From: Promethearchaeota archaeon
Lineage (GTDB): Archaea; Asgardarchaeota; Lokiarchaeia; Sigyniarchaeales; SOKP01
Reading direction: 5' to 3'
Assembly: GCA_016840165.1 (NCBI GenBank)
Contig: JAEOSU010000080.1
Location: 1 to 64,000, forward strand
DNA length: 64,000 bases
Shown here: piece after piece, positions 56,499 through 64,000 of the stretch
Numbering within the stretch: position 1 is the first letter of the stretch
Layout of the letters: each line of letters starts with the position of its first letter
Made by a program: the position numbers and the translations under genes
The notes under the pieces: generated by a model
Told to the model about the DNA's origin: nothing
The model's input: the letters and a program-made list of their open reading frames with translations, nothing else
The model's database searches: none

Positions 56499-57677
56499 TT
56501 AATTTATTGGATATGATTGAAAAAGTTTACCCCACTCGGTTTTATTAAACTCCTTTATTCTTTTTTTACCGATAGTAGGATACCATATCATATCATGATA
56601 AATTTTCGAAGCTAAGGTGGGACCTAAAAAGAAGAGTTCATTTTTGAATAATGGATAAATGAATTGTAATGGCCCTTTCCTTACCATCTGATCACCCCAA
56701 ATCACCAAACTTCGTTTTACTTTAAAATGCCAATTAATATTCGATATATCTTCTCCAACAATTTCAATTTGATCTATATCACCGCATCCTAATCCTTCAT
56801 CGTGCGCTAACTTAATAGCAGGCAGCTTGAGAGGGTCAAATCCCATCATTTTAGCCACAACTGCATCCACTGCTACTTGATCATATCCTGCGAGAAGATA
56901 ATTTTTAATACGCGGAATCATAACCCTTGGTCCTGCACCATCGCCACAGACCGTACCATCTACAACGGCTAAGATTTTTGGATGAATCTGTTTCTGAATA
57001 ATCAATAAATCTACTAAAACTTCAGACATAAATTGGTGTGAGAAATGTCTTCTTTTAGTTAATAAGCCACCAAATGCGTTTTTCATAGCACAAGTAATTC
57101 CCCCATTTTTCATCTCTCCTTGAGTTTTTTGAAGACTTCCCCCTTCTGCTCCTGTATGGCCATGAGTTTTCATAGTAGGAAGGTGAATGATTGGTTTTCC
57201 AACATAAAATTTCGGTATTTTAAATCCTTCTGGAAAAATTTTAGAATCTAAGGCAAACAATTGCTTATTTTTAAACCGCAGGAATTTGGGTCGTAAAGAT
57301 TTATAGGATACAAACGGGATACGTGTAAGTGGAACAAACCATACTCCATACTTTTTAATAATTGGATTCCATTTATTTCCTTTTAGTCCTCTTTCAATAT
57401 TTGTCACCACAGTTCTATTTTCCGCTGTGAATAAGTTCTTTGAGTTATAACCGTCCTCAACCATTGTTTTTAAAATACCTTCTAACTGCCAAGGAGGTGT
57501 AGAGCATGCAGGAAAGAATTTAGACCAACTTAAATTTAATTTAATTAAAATTTGTTGATCTTTATTAAAATACTCTTGATATTTAATCAGATGCATTAAT
57601 CTTTTGTAATCTTCCAAGATATTCTTAGAACTAGTTTTTGTTATGAATATTTTAGCATCAGTGTCAGACATAATCAC
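56499..57677 (-). CDS. DUF362 domain protein
   Basis: IKLNLSW, TPPWQLEG, LPTMKTH, TCAMKNAFGG, DQVAVDA. Confidence 0.88.
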   Translation of the reverse strand: MIMSDTDAKIFITKTSSKNILEDYKRLMHLIKYQEYFNKDQQILIKLNLSWSKFFPACSTPPWQLEGILKTMVEDGYNSKNLFTAENRTVVTNIERGLKGNKWNPIIKKYGVWFVPLTRIPFVSYKSLRPKFLRFKNKQLFALDSKIFPEGFKIPKFYVGKPIIHLPTMKTHGHTGAEGGSLQKTQGEMKNGGITCAMKNAFGGLLTKRRHFSHQFMSEVLVDLLIIQKQIHPKILAVVDGTVCGDGAGPRVMIPRIKNYLLAGYDQVAVDAVVAKMMGFDPLKLPAIKLAHDEGLGCGDIDQIEIVGEDISNINWHFKVKRSLVIWGDQMVRKGPLQFIYPLFKNELFFLGPTLASKIYHDMIWYPTIGKKRIKEFNKTEWGKLFQSYPIN

Positions 57678-57765
57678 TAAAAAGAAAAATGATTTAATAT
57701 TTTTACTCTAAATTCTTCTTAGAGATAATAGTAAAAATGAAAAATTAAGATAGGAAAATTAAAAT

Positions 57766-58818
57766 TTAATCGGAAATATATTCCATTCCTTCATAAGATT
57801 TTTTAGTTTCAGTATTAAGGGGACGACAATAAAAATAGTGATCTCCACCTAAATCTACTCGAACAGGATCCTCAATACCGCATCTATCATGCTCATCCTT
57901 TTCGAAACATCTTGGATGGAATGCACAACCAGATGGAGGGTTGATTGGACTTGGAACATCTCCATCTAAAATAATACGGTCTGTTTTTGATGATGGATCA
58001 AAAGTTGGTCGCGCTGACAATAAGGCTTTTGTGTATGGATGTACAGGGTTGTAAAAAACTTCATCAACTGTTCCGCCCTCAACGAATTTTCCTAGATACA
58101 TAACTTGGATTTTATCTCCAATGTGTTGAATGACACTAAGATCATGGGTGATAAATAGATAAGAAAGGTCAAATTCTTTTTGAAGTGATTTTAAGAGATT
58201 TAGAATTTGAGCTTGTACGGATACATCGAGGGCAGAAGTTGGCTCATCTAAGATCATAATTTCCGGATCACATGCTAGAGCTCTTGCAATTACGATTCTT
58301 TGCTTTTGACCTCCTGAAAATTCATGAGGGTATCTATCTAAATGTTCATTCTTCATTGAAACTGTTTCAAGAAGTTCTAAAACGCGTCCTCTTATTTCAC
58401 GTCTTTTTTTCATCCCCATTAGAAGCCTTAATGGTTCACCAATGATATTCACAATTTTCCATCTTGGATTAAGTGAGGAATCTGGATCTTGAAATACCAT
58501 CTGAATTTTTTTTCTATACTCTTTATTGAAATTATCATCTATTCGAGTGTTTTTATACCATATTTCTCCTTCTGTTGGTTGAACGAGATTTAGAATTGTA
58601 TTTCCAATGGTTGTTTTACCACATCCACTCTCTCCAACTAATCCTAAGGTCTCACGTTTATACATATCAAAACTAACGCCATCAACAGCTTGAACCACTC
58701 CAACTTTACGTTTTAATAACCCACCATAAATTGGATAATAGGTCTTCAAATTTTTAACAGATAGAATTATATCCTCTGATTGCTTTGATTCAGTTACTTT
58801 TTCTTGACTAACTGTCAT
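57766..58818 (-). CDS. oppF: Oligopeptide/dipeptide ABC transporter ATPase (OppF/DppF)
   Basis: GESGCGKT, FSGGQKQR, LDEPTSALD, HPYT, PPSGCAFHPRC. Confidence 0.93.
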   Translation of the reverse strand: MTVSQEKVTESKQSEDIILSVKNLKTYYPIYGGLLKRKVGVVQAVDGVSFDMYKRETLGLVGESGCGKTTIGNTILNLVQPTEGEIWYKNTRIDDNFNKEYRKKIQMVFQDPDSSLNPRWKIVNIIGEPLRLLMGMKKRREIRGRVLELLETVSMKNEHLDRYPHEFSGGQKQRIVIARALACDPEIMILDEPTSALDVSVQAQILNLLKSLQKEFDLSYLFITHDLSVIQHIGDKIQVMYLGKFVEGGTVDEVFYNPVHPYTKALLSARPTFDPSSKTDRIILDGDVPSPINPPSGCAFHPRCFEKDEHDRCGIEDPVRVDLGGDHYFYCRPLNTETKKSYEGMEYISD

Positions 58819-58845
58819 TTTCTCAACTTATTTTTTTTATTGAAA

Positions 58846-60096
58846 TTATACACGTTTTGATAATTTAAATTCATCAGTTTCCCAGTCATATTTGGGAGAA
58901 TCTTTATATTTTGGATCAAATAAATGACACGCCACAAAATATCTATCTTCGATTTCGAGAAATCTTGGTCTAATCTTATCGCAAACTTCTAATCGCGCGT
59001 CACATCTAGGATGGAACCTACATCCTGAAGGGGGATAAATCAAATTTGGAACCATCCCACGAATCGTTAACAGTTTTTGATCTCTCTTCTCGATGCTAGG
59101 AATTGCCCCGATTAATCCTTTAGTATAAGGATGCCTAGGTTTCTTAAATAATTCATTCGCTGTCGCATATTCTACAATATTGCCACTATACATTACGGCA
59201 ACTCTATCACAAAGCTCAGCAATAATACCTAAATCATGAGTAATTAATAGGATTGAAGTTCTATACTTATCTTTTAATGTTTTCATTAGTTCCATAATCT
59301 GAGCTTGAATGGTTACATCAAGAGCGGTAGTGGGTTCATCTGCTATTAGCAGGCCAGGATTACAAGACAATGCCATCGCAATCATTACTCTCTGTCTCAT
59401 GCCTCCGCTTAATTCATGCGGATATCTTTTTAAAATTCCCCTTGCATCTGCAATTCCAACTTCTGTAATAATATTTGCTGACCAATCTAAGATAACATCC
59501 TTAATTACAGGAGTGTGTACATTTTGTTCTTTTATTTTTTTAATTTCGCTTTTAAGTTCGGCTATTTCATCTTCATCCGTTAAAGTTTTTAACCGCTGCT
59601 TTAAATCTTTAACTTCTGCGAGATTTTCTTTTCGTTTTAATATTCTTTCATCCAATTCTTTTTTCAAATCATCTTTTTGATGTAAAATAAAGACTTCGGA
59701 AACTTGGTCTCCCACTGAAAAGACGGGATTTAAGGAATTTAAGGGATCTTGAAAGATCATGGTAATTTCTTTACCCCTAAACTCTCTCATTTCTGTTTCT
59801 GTTAAATCAAGTAGGCTTTCTCCTTTGTAAATAATCTCACCATCAACTATTTTCCCGGGTTCTCTCACTAATCGTAAAATAGAGAGCGCAGTTACTGATT
59901 TTCCACAACCAGTTTCACCGACTAATCCTAAAACTTCGTCTTTAAAAATGTTAAAAGTAACTCCATCAACGGCTTTCACAATTCCTTCTTCAGTATAGAA
60001 GTAAGTCTTAAGTTTCGTTACTTTTAATAACTTATCAGAGTCATCACTTTTAGCTTGTGAGTCATCTACAACATCATTTTTGATTGTTGAATTCAA
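58846..60096 (-). CDS. oppD: Oligopeptide/dipeptide ABC transporter ATPase (OppD/DppD) with coiled-coil insertion
   Basis: GETGCGKS, LSGGMRQR, ADEPTTALD, HPYT, GCRFHPRC. Confidence 0.93.
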   Translation of the reverse strand: MNSTIKNDVVDDSQAKSDDSDKLLKVTKLKTYFYTEEGIVKAVDGVTFNIFKDEVLGLVGETGCGKSVTALSILRLVREPGKIVDGEIIYKGESLLDLTETEMREFRGKEITMIFQDPLNSLNPVFSVGDQVSEVFILHQKDDLKKELDERILKRKENLAEVKDLKQRLKTLTDEDEIAELKSEIKKIKEQNVHTPVIKDVILDWSANIITEVGIADARGILKRYPHELSGGMRQRVMIAMALSCNPGLLIADEPTTALDVTIQAQIMELMKTLKDKYRTSILLITHDLGIIAELCDRVAVMYSGNIVEYATANELFKKPRHPYTKGLIGAIPSIEKRDQKLLTIRGMVPNLIYPPSGCRFHPRCDARLEVCDKIRPRFLEIEDRYFVACHLFDPKYKDSPKYDWETDEFKLSKRV

Positions 60097-60128
60097 TTAT
60101 ATCCCCTTTTTTAAACCAAATATTTATT

Positions 60129-61139
60129 TTATAAGTTTTTCAATCTTGGATCTAAAGCATCCCTTAAGCCATCCCCAAGTAACATAAAACCGAGGACCGT
60201 AATAATTATCATAATTCCAGGCCAAACAGATGCCCATGGAGCATTTACTAAATGGCCGCGTCCGATATCGATATCTCGACCCCATTCAATCAAATGTGGA
60301 TCACTATAACCTAGAAAAGCAAGCCCTGCAAAACTTAATATTACTCCTCCAATATCAAATGTAAACGAGATGATTATTGGTTGGATAGTGTTTGGTATTA
60401 GGTGTCTGAACATAATACGCCAATTTCCTGCACCTGAGACTCTTGCCGCTTCTACATAGGGGAGTTCTTTTGCTTGAAGAACACTTGATCTGATTAAACG
60501 CGAATAATAGGGAATTCCTAAAATTCCGTATGCTAAAATGATATATTCCATTTTACGCCCTAAAATTCCTACTAATACTATAGCAAAAATTAATCCGGGA
60601 AATGCAAAGAATATATCCGCTATTCGCATTATCAGGGTGTCAACCCAACCCCCAAAATAAGCTGCAATAACTCCAAACATAACACCTACGACCACACTCA
60701 ATGTAATTGAGGGTAATGCAATGGTTAATGAGGATCTAGCACCCCATATTATACGTGCTAAAATGTCTCGTCCGAAATTAGTTTGACCTAAAGGATGCGC
60801 CGGAGAAGGTGGGTCCCAGGATCCTGTGATTTTAGCATCCGCTTCAGCGAATGTGTATGGTGATATCCAAGGTGCAAATACAGCAAGGGTAGCAATAAAG
60901 AGAATAATTACTATCCCAATTATCGTGAGAGTGGATTTTAATCTCCTAATAAATTTTCGTTTACTTATTGTTCTTTCATATAAATCTTGACGGAGAGTTA
61001 ATTCCTCAATTCGATAACCCGGCATAAATAAAAATTTTAGGTTGTTTTTAACCCAAAAAAGAACTTTCTTTACTGCACTTGGTTCTTCTTCCTGGAACAG
61101 TTCTTTCTCAAGGATTTGTTCTTGTGTCATTATTTTCAC
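60129..61139 (-). CDS. oppC: Oligopeptide/dipeptide ABC permease (OppC/DppC)
   Basis: HPLGQTNFGRDILAR, YVEAARVSGA, FRHLIPN, GDGLRDALDP. Confidence 0.93.
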   Translation of the reverse strand: MKIMTQEQILEKELFQEEEPSAVKKVLFWVKNNLKFLFMPGYRIEELTLRQDLYERTISKRKFIRRLKSTLTIIGIVIILFIATLAVFAPWISPYTFAEADAKITGSWDPPSPAHPLGQTNFGRDILARIIWGARSSLTIALPSITLSVVVGVMFGVIAAYFGGWVDTLIMRIADIFFAFPGLIFAIVLVGILGRKMEYIILAYGILGIPYYSRLIRSSVLQAKELPYVEAARVSGAGNWRIMFRHLIPNTIQPIIISFTFDIGGVILSFAGLAFLGYSDPHLIEWGRDIDIGRGHLVNAPWASVWPGIMIIITVLGFMLLGDGLRDALDPRLKNL

Positions 61140-61181
61140 ATTTTATTTGATATTTTTCTTATTTTTCACATTATAAATAAA

Positions 61182-62198
61182 TTAATATTTAATACGAGGA
61201 TCTAAATAGGCATAAATTAAATCCGCAAATAAATTAACTACAATAAATATTACGGTTATCATAAATACAAATGCATTGATTACATAATAATCTCGATCTA
61301 CAATAGCACGCAATAAAAGCTCTCCCATTCCATGTAAATTAAAGGTCGTCTCTGTTAAAATTGCACCTCCAAGAAGGCCTCCGACATTTAATCCAATAAT
61401 TGTTACGGTAGGGATAAGAGCATTCCTTCGTGCATGCTTATTGATAACTACTTTTTCTTTACAACCTTTTGCCCTTGCGGTACGTATATAATCTTGTTGC
61501 AAAACTTCTAACATACTCGAACGTGTTTGTCTTGTTATAGATGCGAGAGTAATAAACGATAAGCAGAATACTGGAAGCGCTAGATGATATAAATAATCTG
61601 TTATCATGTACCATTGACCTGAAAATAAAGCATCTATTATCCTAAAACCGGTTATAAAGTTTGGTTCAGGATAATTTAAGGTTTTATATCCGATAGCCGG
61701 GAATAAGCCTGCTCTATAGGCTAAAGTTAATTGTAAAATAAGACCAAGCCAGAAGACAGGTATAGACACGCCAACCAACGCAAAACCCCTTAGGATGGTG
61801 TCTCTTGATTTATTACGATGGGTTGCAGATATTACACCAGTTTTAATACCTATGAATGAAGCGATAATCATCGAAAAAATCGTTATATCTAGAGTTCGTG
61901 GAAATCGCTGCCAGATTAAATCCCATACTTCTTGTCCCTTATTTATGGAGACAGAAACACCCCAGTTGCCCGTAAATAGATTCCCTAAATATATAAAGAA
62001 TTGTTGCCAGAGTGGAAGGTCAAATCCAAGACGATGCATCTCAGCTAAATATTGCTCTTCTGTAAAAACTTGCGGAAGATGCGCGGTAACTGGATCGCCC
62101 GGCATCATTCGTGATAATATAAATGTTATTAATAAAACCCCAAATAACACAGGAATCATAACAATTAATCTTCTAATTACGTATTTTATCATACTCAT
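61182..62198 (-). CDS. oppB: Oligopeptide/dipeptide ABC permease (OppB/DppB)
   Basis: MPGDP, DYIRTARAKG, HARRNALIP, DLIYAYLDPRI. Confidence 0.94.
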   Translation of the reverse strand: MSMIKYVIRRLIVMIPVLFGVLLITFILSRMMPGDPVTAHLPQVFTEEQYLAEMHRLGFDLPLWQQFFIYLGNLFTGNWGVSVSINKGQEVWDLIWQRFPRTLDITIFSMIIASFIGIKTGVISATHRNKSRDTILRGFALVGVSIPVFWLGLILQLTLAYRAGLFPAIGYKTLNYPEPNFITGFRIIDALFSGQWYMITDYLYHLALPVFCLSFITLASITRQTRSSMLEVLQQDYIRTARAKGCKEKVVINKHARRNALIPTVTIIGLNVGGLLGGAILTETTFNLHGMGELLLRAIVDRDYYVINAFVFMITVIFIVVNLFADLIYAYLDPRIKY

Positions 62199-62253
62199 TT
62201 TTTATCACATCTCTTAAATATCATCCTAACATTCTTATTTATTTTGAAATTTA

Positions 62254-62718
62254 TTAAATAGGCTCAACAATCTTTATTTTTTTCTTATATTCCTTATATT
62301 TTTCTTTGAGCATAGAGGCAAATAGTGCAGTACCGAAGTTAATACCTAAAAGCACGAGAATTGTCAAATATCCCTCTAAACTCGCAAAGAACAAGGGTAT
62401 TATTATGAGATTAAATCCATTAATAAACCATGACCACATCCAAGACATCCCAATAATTATGGGAACTAGCATTATACTATTTCTTATGCCATATTCAAAA
62501 AATGCTTCTCTGAATACCACGAAAAAAACGATAGCAATAAGAATTATAATTGAAAAGTATGAGTTGGGATTAAAAAACACTTTATTTAAAAAAATTATAT
62601 CCAAGCCAATCGTTTTTTCAAAAACGTTAGCAATGTAACCGAAAAAAACAAAATGTACGAGAAGAATTGCAACGATAAAATTACCTTGACGAGCTATTTC
62701 TATTTTTATATTTTTCAT
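62254..62718 (-). CDS. Hypothetical 4-TM membrane protein within the opp locus
   Basis: 154-aa hydrophobic ORF, co-oriented, 55 nt upstream of oppB. Confidence 0.65.
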   Translation of the reverse strand: MKNIKIEIARQGNFIVAILLVHFVFFGYIANVFEKTIGLDIIFLNKVFFNPNSYFSIIILIAIVFFVVFREAFFEYGIRNSIMLVPIIIGMSWMWSWFINGFNLIIIPLFFASLEGYLTILVLLGINFGTALFASMLKEKYKEYKKKIKIVEPI

Positions 62719-62723
62719 AATAA

Positions 62724-63599
62724 TTACTTTATATTAATATCGTTTAAATTAATCGTGTTGGGAGCCAATTTCTTTACTTTAAATTTATCAATGATTGGTT
62801 CTTTATTAATTATTCGATTCTTTATCCAGAGACTCATAGGCAATATCCTTTCTGGATGTTCTATGAGAATTTGTTTATTATAAGAAAAGCATTCAAATAG
62901 ATCATCATAGATAAGGTAGGGTACAAAATACTTTTTCAGATGTTTATTTATAGAGAAATCAAATGTTTTAACTTTTATGATTTCTGGGTGGTATGTATTC
63001 TTTTTCTCTTTGTATAACTTGACATTTTCTTCAGAGTTATCTTTTTTAATAAAAAAAATGTTATCCTCGATTATATCTTGAGAATGCTTAATCATTTTCG
63101 TACAATATTCTAAAATCAGATTCAAATAATCATCATCTTCAATTTGAATACCTTTAGAGAGTATTTTGTTTGCAACTTTTAAAAATTCTGAAAGAATATA
63201 TGAAAAAGTTTCTTTTAAACTATAGATTTCTGCATTTAGAGATGTTGATTTTTCAAACCATTTGATTATTGTTGTTTCTTTAAGAGTGCGATTAGTCATT
63301 TCTTTATACTTACTTTTAGAATAAGAGATTAAATTATGTAATCCTATTGAAACGAATCTTTTCAAATCAATATTGAATTTATTATTCTCGGTATTAGCAT
63401 TCTCAATACTTATATCAGGTAAAATAAAGAAATTTGATTGTCCATTTGATAATTTATCTATCCTCATTGGAATTGGCATAATTGGTATTTTAAAATAATC
63501 ATTTGGTATTAAATCAAAAAAGAATCCAATAGGAGCCAAATCAGATTTGAATGTTTTTAATTTTATCTTATTAGGAAGAACGGAGGATCTTGAACTCAT
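62724..63599 (-). CDS. Hypothetical soluble protein within the opp locus
   Basis: 291-aa ORF; PIMPIPMRIDKL and FVPYLIYDDL motifs; no family recognised. Confidence 0.65.
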   Translation of the reverse strand: MSSRSSVLPNKIKLKTFKSDLAPIGFFFDLIPNDYFKIPIMPIPMRIDKLSNGQSNFFILPDISIENANTENNKFNIDLKRFVSIGLHNLISYSKSKYKEMTNRTLKETTIIKWFEKSTSLNAEIYSLKETFSYILSEFLKVANKILSKGIQIEDDDYLNLILEYCTKMIKHSQDIIEDNIFFIKKDNSEENVKLYKEKKNTYHPEIIKVKTFDFSINKHLKKYFVPYLIYDDLFECFSYNKQILIEHPERILPMSLWIKNRIINKEPIIDKFKVKKLAPNTINLNDINIK

Positions 63600-63802
63600 T
63601 AATAATTAATCCTTTTAATAAACCAATTTTATTTCTATAAATTATTCGTAAATTATTAAATATTATGATTTGGCCTATGAGATTTTTTAAAGATCTAAAT
63701 ATTTTACTTTTATATTACAAAAACTGAAGTATAGAAACGCTATATATTATCTTGAAGTATTATAAAAAAAATCAAAAAAAAAAAAATTAAATTAAATTTA
63801 TT

Positions 63803-63829
63803 GTGCTATTTTAAGCACTAAAATAGCAC
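63803..63829 (-). terminator. Perfect 11-bp hairpin over the oppA stop, followed by a U-tract on the minus strand
   Basis: GTGCTATTTTA-AGCAC-TAAAATAGCAC; A-run at about 63774-63786 on the + strand. Confidence 0.55.
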
Positions 63830-64000
63830 GGATAGAAGTAGTTGTAGCCCATTCCATTGCTTGGATAACCTTCTAACGTGAAGAACCAAGCGTCATGGTT
63901 TCTACCGACATAACCGAATGCCCAGGGCTGTAGGTCTTCCACAACATATTGTTGTAGATTCTTGTAGATCAGTTCTCGTGCTGTTTGGTCGGTTTCTTCA
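63811..64000 (-). CDS. oppA: C-terminus of peptide ABC transporter substrate-binding protein (OppA/DppA), truncated by window edge
   Basis: EETDQTARELIYKNLQQYVVEDLQPWAFGY...GYPSNGMGYNYFYPCYFSA*; the D...R...Y...Q......P motif is typical of family-5 binding proteins. Confidence 0.82.
   Translation of the reverse strand, partial: EETDQTARELIYKNLQQYVVEDLQPWAFGYVGRNHDAWFFTLEGYPSNGMGYNYFYPCYFSA

Noticed and set aside
1-64000. In-frame UGA selenoproteins elsewhere in the window
   Set aside because: No recognised gene appears truncated at a Cys-equivalent TGA by eye; a SECIS/Seblastian-type search would be needed to exclude this fully
1-64000. CRISPR arrays, IS elements, integrases, prophage genes, rRNA
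   Set aside because: None seen; the tRNA genes have no adjacent integrase or duplicated att-like 3' fragment

Overview
AT-rich, gene-dense chromosomal window from an Asgard archaeon, most likely Lokiarchaeia/Promethearchaeota. The evidence is archaeal ribosomal proteins together with Vps28, OSTC/DC2, roadblock, Arf/Rag-like GTPase and Loki-CTERM-type proteins. The window holds the uL11-uL1-uL10-P1 cluster, secY and an EMC3/TMCO1 gene, a rearranged uS19-to-uL15 ribosomal superoperon, selenocysteine machinery (tRNA-Sec, SepSecS, SelB/EFSec), housekeeping enzymes and an Opp/Dpp ABC transporter. The most striking elements are two heavily interrupted tRNA genes reconstructed by hand from bulge-helix-bulge (BHB) motifs. 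One is a tRNA-Ile with the rare archaeal UAU anticodon, split by four introns (13896-14105). The other is a 9/4-fold tRNA-Sec(UCA) with two introns (16330-16482), directly upstream of SepSecS. Four of their six introns are exactly 30 nt long. Other candidates are a Zn-ribbon/CdvA-like protein, a coiled-coil pair plus longin-TPR-like gene run upstream of Yip1 and Vps28, and a DUF4430/ECF-S putative corrinoid uptake locus. No CRISPR array, IS element or prophage was seen. All protein calls come from motif recognition by eye, not from database searches.
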